Positions 20,300 to 30,477 are shown, counted from the stretch's first letter. The stretch is 64,000 nt of DNA from an uncultured delta proteobacterium (GCA_963842085.1 CAWJET010000001.1:1408001-1472000); one strand, 5' to 3'. The notes: generated from the sequence alone by a model not told the origin. Numbers and translations are program-made.

Positions 20300-20422
20300 T
20301 GGTCATTCTCGGGAATTGGATCTGCGTCCGATCAGATTAACTTACGCAGCGTTGCTTCGCGAGTATCGAGCGCTCAATTCGCCGTCTCCAGGCAACCTGC
20401 GTTAGGGCTCAGGCTGTGTTAC

Positions 20423-20986
20423 ATGGAAAATATGAAGAATCCCGTCAAGAGACCGCCCTTCATCATTGCCGCCGCGTCATGTCCTGAGACGCGCCACCAG
20501 TATCCTAACAGCGACGAATGCACCGGTTATCAACGGAGCATCGGGAGAGCTGCGGGACTGCTGAAGATTGGCGTGAACGTGATGCGGCTGCCGCCTGGAG
20601 AGCGAAGTTCCTGGCCTCATGCCGAGGAGAACGAAGAGGAGTTCGTATACGTTCTTGAGGGCGAGGTTGACGCTTGGATAGATGGCTTTCTTCACGCGAT
20701 GCGGCCCGGTGACTTTGCGGCCTTTCCCGCAAAGACCGGCATCTGCCATTGCTTCATAAACAACAGCGATAATGAGGTCCTGCTGCTTGTGGGAGGAGAG
20801 GCTTCAAGGCGCGACAATCGCATCTACTATCCGCTCAATCCTCAACGCCGCAATGACTTGCCATGGAGCGAATGGTGGGAGGACGTTCCAAAGCACCGCT
20901 TGGGACCGCATGACGGGATGCCCGACGCGCTTCGATGCCGCTCCGCCAATCGAGTGTCTCGGATACGCGCTCAACGCCGGAGCTGA
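20423..20986 (+). CDS. Cupin domain protein
   Basis: PHAEENEEEFVYVLEG and CHCFIN; only the 3' part of the 19571 ORF is real, the rest overlaps ileS antisense. Confidence 0.88.
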   Translation: MENMKNPVKRPPFIIAAASCPETRHQYPNSDECTGYQRSIGRAAGLLKIGVNVMRLPPGERSSWPHAEENEEEFVYVLEGEVDAWIDGFLHAMRPGDFAAFPAKTGICHCFINNSDNEVLLLVGGEASRRDNRIYYPLNPQRRNDLPWSEWWEDVPKHRLGPHDGMPDALRCRSANRVSRIRAQRRS

Positions 20987-21117
20987 CGGAACTACTCGGC
21001 CATCGCCTGCGCAGCCGCGTTCGTCGCCAGCTGCCGTCCTCTCGTTCGTTTGAATCCGGCGGCCAGCCTTCATATCATCTCTCGCGCATCCACCAATCAC
21101 ACGCATAGAAAAAAATT

Positions 21118-21420
21118 ATGGGACTCAGAAAAGTAACTTTGTTCGATAAGGAAGGCACCACGCTCGTGCCCGTTGACGAGGACGGCCAGGCGAAACCCGC
21201 GGTGATGGGCGTGCGATGGGTCAATCCTGACACCTTTGAAACCATTCGCGTGCGCGGCGGCAAACGCACCGGACCGAAGAACGAAGTCCTGATGGAAATT
21301 CCCGCGACGCTCGACACCGGCGCGTTCGCAATCGAGGACTTGCCGCCGCCCAAGGTCAAGCAAGAGCTCGAGGAAATCGAAAAGCCTCCCAACGCGGGAA
21401 CTTCGGCGAAGAAATCATGA
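21118..21420 (+). CDS. Hypothetical protein
   Basis: 100-aa ORF with host-like codon usage; stop overlaps the next start (ATGA). Confidence 0.7.
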   Translation: MGLRKVTLFDKEGTTLVPVDEDGQAKPAVMGVRWVNPDTFETIRVRGGKRTGPKNEVLMEIPATLDTGAFAIEDLPPPKVKQELEEIEKPPNAGTSAKKS

Positions 21421-22628
21421 CCCAGCCCGCCCCCGGCGCGCTCGCGGGTCTGAGCGTCCTCGACCTGAGCGGGCATCGCGCACAACTTTGCGCGCGGCTG
21501 CTCGCCGACATGGGCGCCGACGTCATCAAGATCGAGCCGCCCGCCGGCGACGACGCGCGCCGAGTCGGGCCGTTCCTCGACGATTTGCCGCATCGCGACC
21601 GCAGCCTCTTTTTCTGGTTCTATAATCTCAACAAGCGCTCGCTCACGCTTGACCTCAAGCATTCCCGCGGCGCCGACATTTTTCTGCAACTCGTTCGCAC
21701 CGCCGACGTCGTGATCGAGAGCTTCGCGCCCGGCACGCTCGACCGGCTCGGGCTTGGCTGGGATGTTCTTCATCGCGAAAACCCCGCGCTCGTGCTCTGC
21801 TCGATTGCGCCGTTCGGCCAAACCGGCCCCTATCGCGATTTCATCGCCGACGACACCGTGCTGGCGGCGCTCGGCGGGATGCTTTATGTCAACGGCTTCC
21901 CCAATCACGCTCCCGTCCGCCCGCTCGGCTTGCAGGCTTATCACTCGTCGGCATACTTCGGTGCGATCGCCATCATGCTCGCGCTGCTTGCACGCGATAG
22001 CACCGCCGAAGGCCAGTGGATCGATCTCAGCATGCAAGAGGCGACCGCCGCGGCCGTCGAGCACGTCGCCGGCGGATACTTCGAACGCAACGAGGCCGAG
22101 CCGCGCCGCGGCACTTTGCATTGGAGCCGTTTTTTTCGCGTTGGCAAATGCCGCGACGGTTACATCATGCATTGCACGCTCGGCGACTGGACCTCGCTCA
22201 TCGAATGGGTCAAGTCCGATGGCAGGGCGGCCGACCTCGACGACCCCAATTACCAGCAGCCGATGTATCGCTACCTGATGGCCGAGCATGTCTTTGACGT
22301 TCTCGACGATTGGGTCAAGGATTATCCGCGCGACGAGCTGCTCGAGCGCACGCAGCTTCTGCGCCAGCCGTACGCAACCGTCCGCCCGCCCGAGGCGCTG
22401 TTCGACGACGCGCAGCTCATCGAGCGCGGCTTCTTCGTCGAGGTCGAGCATCCCGAGCTTGGCCGCAAGTTCCGCTACCCGGGCGCGCCGTATCTTTTCA
22501 ATCGCACGCCGTGGCGCGTCACGCGGCGCCCGCCGCTCGTGGGCGAGCATACCGGCGAGATTTTGCACGACGAGCTCGCGATGGCTCCTGAAGCGCTCGC
22601 GACGCTCTACGCCGAAGGAGTGATCTGA
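21417..22628 (+). CDS. Family III CoA-transferase subunit (probably non-catalytic)
   Basis: [33 protein letters not shown]; LQAYH at the catalytic Asp position. Confidence 0.9.
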   Translation: MTQPAPGALAGLSVLDLSGHRAQLCARLLADMGADVIKIEPPAGDDARRVGPFLDDLPHRDRSLFFWFYNLNKRSLTLDLKHSRGADIFLQLVRTADVVIESFAPGTLDRLGLGWDVLHRENPALVLCSIAPFGQTGPYRDFIADDTVLAALGGMLYVNGFPNHAPVRPLGLQAYHSSAYFGAIAIMLALLARDSTAEGQWIDLSMQEATAAAVEHVAGGYFERNEAEPRRGTLHWSRFFRVGKCRDGYIMHCTLGDWTSLIEWVKSDGRAADLDDPNYQQPMYRYLMAEHVFDVLDDWVKDYPRDELLERTQLLRQPYATVRPPEALFDDAQLIERGFFVEVEHPELGRKFRYPGAPYLFNRTPWRVTRRPPLVGEHTGEILHDELAMAPEALATLYAEGVI

Positions 22629-22630
22629 CC

Positions 22631-23833
22631 GTGGCCGCGATGCCGCTGGACGGCGTGCGCATCCTCGACTTCACCTGGGTCGTCGCCGGCCCCGTCGCGA
22701 CGCGCATTCTGGGCGACCACGGCGCGCAGGTCGTCAAGGTCGAGCGCAAGAATCCTCCCCCGCTCGGCAATCGCAAGCTCGGCCTGCAATGCGACCTGCA
22801 TCGCGACAAACTCTCGGTCGCGCTCAACATGCAGCATCCGCGCGGCGTCGAACTCGCGCGGCGGCTGGCCGCCATGAGCGATATCGTGATGGACAATTTT
22901 TCCGCGCGTGTGATGCGCAGTTGGGGGATGGATTACCAGAGCCTCACCGCGGTCAAGCCCGACATCATCTGCATCAGCATGTCCGGCCTCGGCCACACCG
23001 GCCCGCTCTCCAGCTACGTCAGCTACGGCCCGACCCTGCAAGCGCTCACGGGCTACACGATGCTGATGGCGGAACCCGACGGCACGCCGGCCGGCTACGG
23101 CTACTCGTACGCCGACATGTGCGGGGGATATACCGGCGCCCTCGCGGCGCTGGTCGCATTGTGGCATCGACGCCGCACTGGCCGCGGCCAGTTCGTCGAT
23201 CTGTCGCAGTTCGAGGCGGTCGCCGCAGTGATCGGTCCCGCGCTGCTGGATATTTCAGTCAACGGCCGCACACAGTCGGCGCCCGGCTACAACTCCCAGG
23301 AAGGTCCGGCCGCGCCGCACGGCGTTTACAAATGCCGCCCGCTCGACGGCGACGATGATCGATGGGTCGCGATCAGCGTCGGCACCGGCCCCGAATGGCG
23401 CCGATTCCTCGTCGCGCTGGGCTCTCCGGAATGGGCGAGCGACCCAAAATTCCGCACGCTCTACATGCGGATGCAAAACAGCACCGAGCTCGACGCCAAC
23501 GTTTCACGATGGACCGCCGAGCACAGCGCCGAAGACGCGATGTCGATACTGCAACGCGCCGGTATCGCCGCCGGCGTCGTCGAAAACGGCATCGACCTCT
23601 GCGCGCGCGATCCTCAACTCAAAGAACGCGGCTTCTGGCCCGCCGTCTCGACCAAAAAAGGCGCGACGACGCATGTCACGGGAATCCCGTTCAAGCTTTC
23701 CGGCGGGTCGGGAAAAGTCAGCTCGATCGCGCCTGAAGTCGGCGAGGACTTCGACTACGTGCTGGGCGAGTTGCTGGCCTTAAGCAAAGCGGAGCGCGAC
23801 GAACTAGTCACCTCCGGCGCCGTCTGCCCCTAA
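22631..23833 (+). CDS. Family III CoA-transferase subunit (catalytic)
   Basis: ILDFTWVVAGP, GAQVVKVE, GHTGP, YADMCGG with the catalytic Asp. Confidence 0.92.
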   Translation: MAAMPLDGVRILDFTWVVAGPVATRILGDHGAQVVKVERKNPPPLGNRKLGLQCDLHRDKLSVALNMQHPRGVELARRLAAMSDIVMDNFSARVMRSWGMDYQSLTAVKPDIICISMSGLGHTGPLSSYVSYGPTLQALTGYTMLMAEPDGTPAGYGYSYADMCGGYTGALAALVALWHRRRTGRGQFVDLSQFEAVAAVIGPALLDISVNGRTQSAPGYNSQEGPAAPHGVYKCRPLDGDDDRWVAISVGTGPEWRRFLVALGSPEWASDPKFRTLYMRMQNSTELDANVSRWTAEHSAEDAMSILQRAGIAAGVVENGIDLCARDPQLKERGFWPAVSTKKGATTHVTGIPFKLSGGSGKVSSIAPEVGEDFDYVLGELLALSKAERDELVTSGAVCP

Positions 23834-23852
23834 CTGTCCCCGAATCTTGCGG

Positions 23853-24830
23853 CTACGCCGCGGCTTGCATTTGCGACAGCTCCGGCTTTGAGGTTGCCAG
23901 CGTGAGCACCGCGATATAGCCCGGCTGAATCTCCATCCGCGGTCCGTAGCCCTTCGCGAGCATGAGCTGATGCGCGCGCGGCAGGTTGTAGCACGGCACC
24001 GCCATCAGCAGGTGATGCTCGAGGTGATAGTTCACGAAATACGGCGCGATGAACGCGCGCTCGAGCCAATTCGCGTGCGTCGTGCGCGTGTTGCGGAGAG
24101 GGTCGTCGTTGTCGGTCACCATCGAATGCTCGGCGATGCTTCGAATGCGCACGATCAGCTCGTGGAACGTCATGAACGGAAACACCCATAGCGCAGGATA
24201 CAGCCACCAGTACCCCGCCACCGCGAGCACGCTGAAAATAATCGCGTTGGTGATGATCGCGCCGCGCAGCCGCTTCCATCCCATCGCGAGCCGCTGCGAT
24301 GCCGGCATATCCGCGCGCCCGAACGCGCGCCGAATCAGCGCCAGGCGCTGCTTGTAGGTCGTCTGCCCGGTGAGATCGCGAATGACCTTGCGCCGCATGC
24401 TGCTGCGCGTAATCGGAAACGGCGCCGACAGGCCAATGTCAGGATCGTTTTTCTGTTGGGTAAACCGATGGTGCCCGGCGACGTGATAAGGCCGATACGC
24501 GTACATGTCGCCGAGCAGCGGGTAGTCCGTCAGCCAGGTCCCGGCGAAATCGTTCACCTGCATGTTGTTGAACAGCAGGCCGTGCGCCGCATCATGCGAC
24601 AGAACGCCTAGCCCAAGCTGCCGTGCGCCGATTATCAGCGTCGCCGCGATGAACGTCAGCGGACTCGGCCACCACGCGAAAATCGCCATCGCGCCGAAGA
24701 TCACCGCCCACGCATGGAATATCATCCACGCCGCGCGCCACTCAGATTTGCGCTTGAGCGTCAGCAGTTCGTCGTCGGTGAAAACGCTACGCGCCTGGAA
24801 CATGATATCGTCCAATCTTCCCCTGCCCAT
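23853..24830 (-). CDS. Membrane fatty acid desaturase family protein
   Basis: His boxes HDAAH, HVAGHH, HLEHH plus AEH; hydrophobic segments. Confidence 0.9.
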   Translation of the reverse strand: MGRGRLDDIMFQARSVFTDDELLTLKRKSEWRAAWMIFHAWAVIFGAMAIFAWWPSPLTFIAATLIIGARQLGLGVLSHDAAHGLLFNNMQVNDFAGTWLTDYPLLGDMYAYRPYHVAGHHRFTQQKNDPDIGLSAPFPITRSSMRRKVIRDLTGQTTYKQRLALIRRAFGRADMPASQRLAMGWKRLRGAIITNAIIFSVLAVAGYWWLYPALWVFPFMTFHELIVRIRSIAEHSMVTDNDDPLRNTRTTHANWLERAFIAPYFVNYHLEHHLLMAVPCYNLPRAHQLMLAKGYGPRMEIQPGYIAVLTLATSKPELSQMQAAA

Positions 24831-24883
24831 AGCGGGCTGGAATTATCAGGTTCGGTCCGTCACGGGATTCTATGTAACAAGAA

Positions 24884-25711
24884 ATGGCAACGATTGCAAA
24901 TCCTCGTTATGTGCCGCGCCACTTGACCGCCAGGGAGCTGGTGCTCGACTTCCTCTCGAACCGCTACCCGCGCGAGATGTCGGCGCAGGAAATTCTAGGG
25001 GTCGGCGGTGCGTTGGGTTTCTCCGAGCAGAGCCTGCGGATGGCGCTGACGCGGCTGGTCGAGGGTGCGGTCGCCGCCAACCCCGGCCGCGGCCGCTATC
25101 GACTGAGTCCGTCAGGCGAGGCGATGCGCGATGAAGTGCGCAAGTGGCGGCACCTTGGCGAGCTGGCCAAGCCGTGGTCCGGCGCGTGGATAGGAGTGTT
25201 CGACGGCAGCGTCCCGCGCAGCGATCGCGCCGCGCTACGCCGTCACGAACGTGCGATGCGCCTGCGCGGTTTTCGCGAACTCCAAAGCGGTCTCTGGCTT
25301 CGGCCCGCCAATCTGCACGGCTCCGTCGCCGAACTGCGCGATCACCTGCGCGCGCTGGGCCTTCATCCCGCGGCGCTGGCCGTCGGCTTGCACGATCTCG
25401 ACGACGATGCGCGCGCGAAGGCCACCAGCCTGTGGAACACCGCCACGATGCTCGCGACGTACCGTGCGCTTGCCGACGAATTGCTCGCGAGCAAAGGCAG
25501 GCTCGAGCGGCTGCCGCTGGATACCGCCGCGGCAGAATCCATGGTGCTCGGCCGCGATGTCATCCGGCACATCAATCTCGACCCGGTGCTGCCCGAAGAG
25601 CTGATGCCGCAGCGGGCGCTCATAAATTTGATCGGCGTAATGACCGGCTACGATCAACGGGCCCGCCAAATCTGGCGCCGCTTTATCCGCGCGCACGCCC
25701 CGCGCGACTGA
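24884..25711 (+). CDS. PaaX-like transcriptional regulator
   Basis: N-terminal wHTH (SLRMALTRL...GRYRLS), WSGAW, LGF..GLWLRP-type motif, DPVLPEEL. Confidence 0.85.
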   Translation: MATIANPRYVPRHLTARELVLDFLSNRYPREMSAQEILGVGGALGFSEQSLRMALTRLVEGAVAANPGRGRYRLSPSGEAMRDEVRKWRHLGELAKPWSGAWIGVFDGSVPRSDRAALRRHERAMRLRGFRELQSGLWLRPANLHGSVAELRDHLRALGLHPAALAVGLHDLDDDARAKATSLWNTATMLATYRALADELLASKGRLERLPLDTAAAESMVLGRDVIRHINLDPVLPEELMPQRALINLIGVMTGYDQRARQIWRRFIRAHAPRD

Positions 25712-25727
25712 CCGTCTCCCATCTTCC

Positions 25728-25743
25728 TGTTACCCAAGTAACA
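25728..25743. promoter_or_regulatory. Perfect palindrome TGTTAC-N4-GTAACA, candidate operator
   Basis: AT-rich inverted repeat in the intergenic region before comM. Confidence 0.35.
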
Positions 25744-25839
25744 ATGTCCCCCCAGGTAGCACGCATCGCTCGCCGCCCCTGGTTGCGCTAGTGTCAGCTA
25801 CACTGGCAGTTAACAGTGAAAAGTCAGTGAGGGCGATTC

Positions 25840-27372
25840 TTGCACGCAAGCGTAATATCGAGCGCGCTGGTCGGCGTTGACGCGTTCCCGGTCGAAGTCG
25901 AAATCGACATCGGCGCCGGGATGCCGCCGCATCGTCTCGTCGGCCTGGCCGAGGGCGCGGTCAAGGAGGCGCTCGATCGCGTCAAGTCCGCGCTCAAAAA
26001 TTCCGGCTTCGAGTTCCCCACGCGCAAGATGACCATCAACCTCGCGCCGGCCGACACGCGCAAGGAAGGTTCGGCGTTCGATCTTCCACTCGCGCTAGGA
26101 ATTCTCGCCGCGCAAAACGTGTTGAAAGATCGCGAGCGTCTGCGCGCCTACCTCGTGCTCGGCGAGCTCGCGCTCGACGGGCGCATCAAGGGCATCAAGG
26201 GCGCGCTGCCTACCGCATTGCTCGCACGCTCGTCGCGGTTCGCGGGGGTGATGCTCCCGCGCGAGAATGCCTCGGAGGCATCGGTCGTCGGCGAGGGCAC
26301 GGCAGTGCTCGGGGTCGAGAGCCTGCGCGAGGCGTTCGAATTCTTCGAGGGTCTGCGCCCGCTCCAGGCCGCGCCCGCCGATCTCGCTGCCGCGTTCGGC
26401 AGCGCAAACATTTACGATGTCGATTTCAGCGAAGTGAAAGGCCAGGAGCAGGCCAAGCGCGCGCTCGAGGTCGCCGCCGCCGGCGGTCACAACGTCCTGA
26501 TGATTGGCCCGCCCGGCTCGGGCAAGACGATGCTGGCCAAGCGCCTGCCCTCGATCCTGCCCGCGATGACCTTCGAGGAGGCGATCGAGACCACCAAGGT
26601 TCACTCCGTGATGGGCCTGCTCGACGGCCGCGCGCTGATCACCACGCGTCCCTTCCGCGCGCCGCATCACACCATCTCGGACGCCGGGCTAATCGGCGGC
26701 GGCTCGATCCCGCGTCCCGGCGAGGTCAGCCTCGCCCATCACGGCGTCCTGTTCCTCGACGAATTGCCCGAGTTCCGCAAGAACGTGCTCGAGGTCCTGC
26801 GCCAGCCGCTCGAGGACGCGCGCATCACCATCTCGCGCGTGATGGGCACGCTCACTTTTCCCGCCTCGGTGATGCTGGTCGCCGCGATGAACCCGTGTCC
26901 GTGCGGCTTCTACACCGACCCGCAGCACGAATGCTCCTGTTCGCCGATCGCGATTCAGCGCTATCGCTCGCGCATTTCGGGCCCGCTGCTCGATCGCATC
27001 GACATCCATATCGAGGTGCCCGCAGTGAAGTACAAGGACCTGACTGATCGGGTCGCGCGAGAGCCGTCGATTGCGATTCGCGAGCGGGTCAATCGCGCGC
27101 GCGAGGCGCAACTCGTTCGCTTCGCCGGGATGCCGTTTTTCTGCAACGCACAGATGCGCGCGAGCGACCTTCGCCTCCATTGCCAGATCGAGTCCGGCGG
27201 CGAGCGCCTGCTCGAGCTTGCCATCAATCGCCTCGGCTTGAGCGCGCGCGCCTACACGCGCATCCTCAAAGTCTCGCGCACGATCGCCGACCTCGACGGC
27301 GCCGCCGCGATTGCCGCGCACCATGTCAGCGAGGCGATTCAATATCGCTCGCTCGACCGCACCGCGCCTTAG
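25840..27372 (+). CDS. comM: YifB/ComM family Mg-chelatase-like AAA+ ATPase
   Basis: [53 protein letters not shown]. Confidence 0.95.
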   Translation: MHASVISSALVGVDAFPVEVEIDIGAGMPPHRLVGLAEGAVKEALDRVKSALKNSGFEFPTRKMTINLAPADTRKEGSAFDLPLALGILAAQNVLKDRERLRAYLVLGELALDGRIKGIKGALPTALLARSSRFAGVMLPRENASEASVVGEGTAVLGVESLREAFEFFEGLRPLQAAPADLAAAFGSANIYDVDFSEVKGQEQAKRALEVAAAGGHNVLMIGPPGSGKTMLAKRLPSILPAMTFEEAIETTKVHSVMGLLDGRALITTRPFRAPHHTISDAGLIGGGSIPRPGEVSLAHHGVLFLDELPEFRKNVLEVLRQPLEDARITISRVMGTLTFPASVMLVAAMNPCPCGFYTDPQHECSCSPIAIQRYRSRISGPLLDRIDIHIEVPAVKYKDLTDRVAREPSIAIRERVNRAREAQLVRFAGMPFFCNAQMRASDLRLHCQIESGGERLLELAINRLGLSARAYTRILKVSRTIADLDGAAAIAAHHVSEAIQYRSLDRTAP

Positions 27373-27381
27373 CCAAACGAA

Positions 27382-27411
27382 GCGGGCGGCTCGAATGATC
27401 GAGCCGCCCGC
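27382..27411. terminator. Hairpin between convergent genes
   Basis: 13-bp perfect stem GCGGGCGGCTCGA-atga-TCGAGCCGCCCGC. Confidence 0.7.
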
Positions 27412-27436
27412 CTGCGCATCTCCGGTTCTTTAAGTG

Positions 27437-28606
27437 CTAATGCACTTCGTATCCGGCTACGAACTCGTCCGGTTGATCGGTCCCTTGCTGCTTAATCACG
27501 ATCGTTCCCGATGCGACCGTGTTCGCCGGGAAGAACGTCCTGGGACCGGTCTTCGCGTTGCCTTCCGCGTTGGTTGGCGCAGCGATACCAGTATCCACGT
27601 CGCCGGAATTGTCGAGCGGCCGGAACCACACCTCGTAGTTGGTGCTCGGATTCGCGCCGTTCAGGGTCACGCTGATCTGTCCGCCTGCCTCCACCTGATA
27701 GGAGCCGCTGTCCAGTGGATCGCTCCCGCAAACCAGGTCATCCGGATCGGTCACGCTGGCGCATGGAACCAAGCTCGAGGCGGCGACTTTCGGACGCACG
27801 AACTTCTCATCCACCTTGAATCCCGACACGAACTCGTCGGTGGTGCCGCTCTGCAACACGATTGATCCCGAAGCGATCGTACTCGCCGCGAATTCAGCGG
27901 AATCCAGCAAAGAGGCGTTGCCCGCCTTGTTCGTCGGCCCAACCGTTCCAAGCGCGAAGGTTGTTCCGTCGGGAGCACGCAGGATTGCCGTGTAGCTCGT
28001 GCTCGGCCGCGCGCCGCTCACGTAGATCGCGGTTGCACCGTCGTCGTTTTCAATATCGACGTGGCCCCTCGTCAAAGAATCGCTTCCGCAATTCGCGAGC
28101 GTTCCCGGCACTGTCACGTCCGTGCAGCGCACCAGGGCGGGCTGAGAATCGCGGCCTGACTCGAAACCGTTGCCGGAGATCGTTATCCCGGTCACGAACT
28201 CCGCGCCGCCGCCGCTGCTCAGCACCACGTTGCCGGCGCCGACCGTTCCGAATTTGAAAAATGCGTCCTTTCGAAGCGCGCCGTCGCCGTGGTTGTCGGT
28301 CTTCAGATTGTCGATCGACCTGGTCTGAGTGCCGTCGCCCGAGACAAAACTAACAGCATAGCTGGCGTTGGTCGCAGCCCCGTAGACAATGACCGTGACA
28401 TCCCCTTGATCGCTGATCGTCGCGCCGCCGCGCTTCAGCGGATCCTGGACCGACGCGCAGGTCTTGAGCACAGCCGGCGTCATAACCGATTGGCATTGAA
28501 CCAGCGGTTCGTCGAACGTTTGCGCGCGCGCCATTCCCGCTGCCAGGCAAAGCGCCACTGGCGCGGCGAGCAATGCTGCCGGCCATTTCCGTCGTGTTTG
28601 AAACAT
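27437..28606 (-). CDS. Secreted hypothetical protein with three tandem ~115-aa Cys-containing repeats
   Basis: Signal peptide MFQTRRKW...ARA|QT; strong SD GGAGGGG; internal repeats visible. Confidence 0.8.
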   Translation of the reverse strand: MFQTRRKWPAALLAAPVALCLAAGMARAQTFDEPLVQCQSVMTPAVLKTCASVQDPLKRGGATISDQGDVTVIVYGAATNASYAVSFVSGDGTQTRSIDNLKTDNHGDGALRKDAFFKFGTVGAGNVVLSSGGGAEFVTGITISGNGFESGRDSQPALVRCTDVTVPGTLANCGSDSLTRGHVDIENDDGATAIYVSGARPSTSYTAILRAPDGTTFALGTVGPTNKAGNASLLDSAEFAASTIASGSIVLQSGTTDEFVSGFKVDEKFVRPKVAASSLVPCASVTDPDDLVCGSDPLDSGSYQVEAGGQISVTLNGANPSTNYEVWFRPLDNSGDVDTGIAAPTNAEGNAKTGPRTFFPANTVASGTIVIKQQGTDQPDEFVAGYEVH

Positions 28607-28880
28607 ACAGATTCCCCTCCTGCCTGTTCTTCGATTGCCTGCGCAATCGAGTGAAAATTTACGATTCGGAATGTAAGACGAGCGCAACCCCCGGTCTCGT
28701 TTACAGATGACTCGAAAATAATATTGGCCCATCCCGATCGATCCTTCCCAACACGACAGTCAACACGATGCCGTTACCTGAGTAGCCCCGCCATCGCAGC
28801 GGAGGCGTCGCGGCGTGGAGTTGATTCGAGTACGGTGCGCGGATACTTTTGGGTTATCCTTCACAAGAGAGACTAAGGGT

Positions 28881-28973
28881 GTGCGGAAGTAACTAGCTCC
28901 AAAGTTCGTGTTTTGGGACAACGGCTCGCGCGGTTTTTTTCGCTGCGCGCGGGTGTTTTGGTGGAGCAGTTAC
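28881..28973 (+). promoter_or_regulatory. Putative translational attenuator: uORF GTG-CGG-AAG-TAA plus SD-sequestering stem
   Basis: GTAACTAGCTCCA (28889-28901) is complementary, with one bulge, to TGGAGCAGTTAC (28962-28973), which contains the ABC-F SD. Confidence 0.55.
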
Positions 28974-28974
28974 C

Positions 28975-30477
28975 ATGTTCGTGCGGCTATCAGGTCTTTC
29001 TTTTTCATATACCGATTCCATTTCCACTCTGACCGGCGTGACCCTCACCCTCGCGCCGGGATGGACAGGAGTGGTCGGGCCTAACGGCGCCGGCAAGACG
29101 ACCTTGCTGCGCCTTATCGCGGGCGAGCTCGAGCCGGCGGCCGGTCACATCTATCTGGATCCGCCGCGCGGCGTGATTCGAGCGTGCGCGCAGACCGTCG
29201 AAGCGATGACACCGGAAATCGCCGCGTTTGCGCACGCGAGCGACGGTGTCGCGCGCCGAATCCACGGCGAGTTGCGCCTCGACGCTTTTTCACTGGCACG
29301 ATGGCCGACGTTGTCGCCGGGAGAGCGCAAGCGATGGCAGGTCGGCGCGGCGCTCGGCGCGGAGCCGGCGGTGCTGATGCTCGATGAACCGACCGACCAT
29401 CTTGACGTCGAGGCGCGCGAGCTGCTGATTGCGGGCCTCGAACGCTTTCGCGGCGTCGGGATCGTTGTCTCGCACGATCGCGCGCTGCTTGATCGAATCA
29501 CGAATCATACGGTGCGCGTGCATGACGGCACCGTGCGCATTTGGCGAGGCTCGTACTCCGACGCCAAGCGCGCGTGGGAAGCGGAGGAGCGCGAGCATTA
29601 CGCGGAATACGAACGGCTGAAGCATCAGCGGGAGAACCTGGCGCGCCGCCTCGCCGACCGACGCGCGTTGCAGGCCGCGGCCGCGGCCAATACAACTCGC
29701 AAGCGGATGAAAGGCCCGCGCGATCATGACGCGACCAGCTCGCTGGCAAAAGGGAAGGCGAGGGCGGGCCTGGCGCGACAATCGCACGAGGCAGGAATAC
29801 TTCGGCGCGAAGCGGACCGCGTGTCGGAAAGGCTCGGCGAGTACCGGTTTCGCAAGCCGAAGGGGCGCTCGATTTTCGTCGATTACGTGCCCGCGCCGGT
29901 GGCCAAGGTCTTCACCCTCGACGAGGCGGCGATTTTCGCGGGCGAGGCGCGAATCCTCGAGGACGTCCATCTGGCGGTGCTGCGCGACGCGAAAATTCGG
30001 GTCGCCGGCCCCAATGGAATCGGCAAGAGCACGCTGCTGGCCGCGATGATCCGCGGCGCGCATATCCCGCCCGGACGCACTCTCTACCTGCCCCAGGAAC
30101 TCACGGCGCGCGACGGCGTCGCGATGCTCGACAGGGTCCGCGAGCTCAACCCCGACGATCGCGGCCGCGTGCTTGCGTTGGTCGCGGCGCTGGGCGTCGA
30201 TCCGGACAGGTTGCTCGAGTCGGCCGCGCCGTCGCCCGGCGAGGCGCGCAAGCTCGCCATGGCGTACGGCCTGGGCCGGCAGGTGTGGGCAATGGTGCTG
30301 GACGAGCCGACCAACCATCTGGACATGCCGGCGATCGAGCGACTTGAGGAAGCGCTGGCCGAGTATCCCGGCGCGATGGTGATCGTGACGCATGACGACG
30401 CGCTGGCGAAAAGGTGCACCAGGGTCGAGTGGCGGCTGGATGACGGCCGCGTCGAGGTAGCAGAAGGCCTACATTAA
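28975..30477 (+). CDS. ABC-F family ATPase (ribosome-associated, possibly ARE-type)
   Basis: Two NBDs (GPNGAGKT...LDEPTDHLD; GPNGIGKS...LDEPTNHLD), long basic helical linker, no TM domain. Confidence 0.9.
   Translation: MFVRLSGLSFSYTDSISTLTGVTLTLAPGWTGVVGPNGAGKTTLLRLIAGELEPAAGHIYLDPPRGVIRACAQTVEAMTPEIAAFAHASDGVARRIHGELRLDAFSLARWPTLSPGERKRWQVGAALGAEPAVLMLDEPTDHLDVEARELLIAGLERFRGVGIVVSHDRALLDRITNHTVRVHDGTVRIWRGSYSDAKRAWEAEEREHYAEYERLKHQRENLARRLADRRALQAAAAANTTRKRMKGPRDHDATSSLAKGKARAGLARQSHEAGILRREADRVSERLGEYRFRKPKGRSIFVDYVPAPVAKVFTLDEAAIFAGEARILEDVHLAVLRDAKIRVAGPNGIGKSTLLAAMIRGAHIPPGRTLYLPQELTARDGVAMLDRVRELNPDDRGRVLALVAALGVDPDRLLESAAPSPGEARKLAMAYGLGRQVWAMVLDEPTNHLDMPAIERLEEALAEYPGAMVIVTHDDALAKRCTRVEWRLDDGRVEVAEGLH

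Noticed and set aside
23853-24830. Desaturase as AlkB alkane monooxygenase
   Set aside because: Lacks the NYxEHYG motif and has no adjacent rubredoxin
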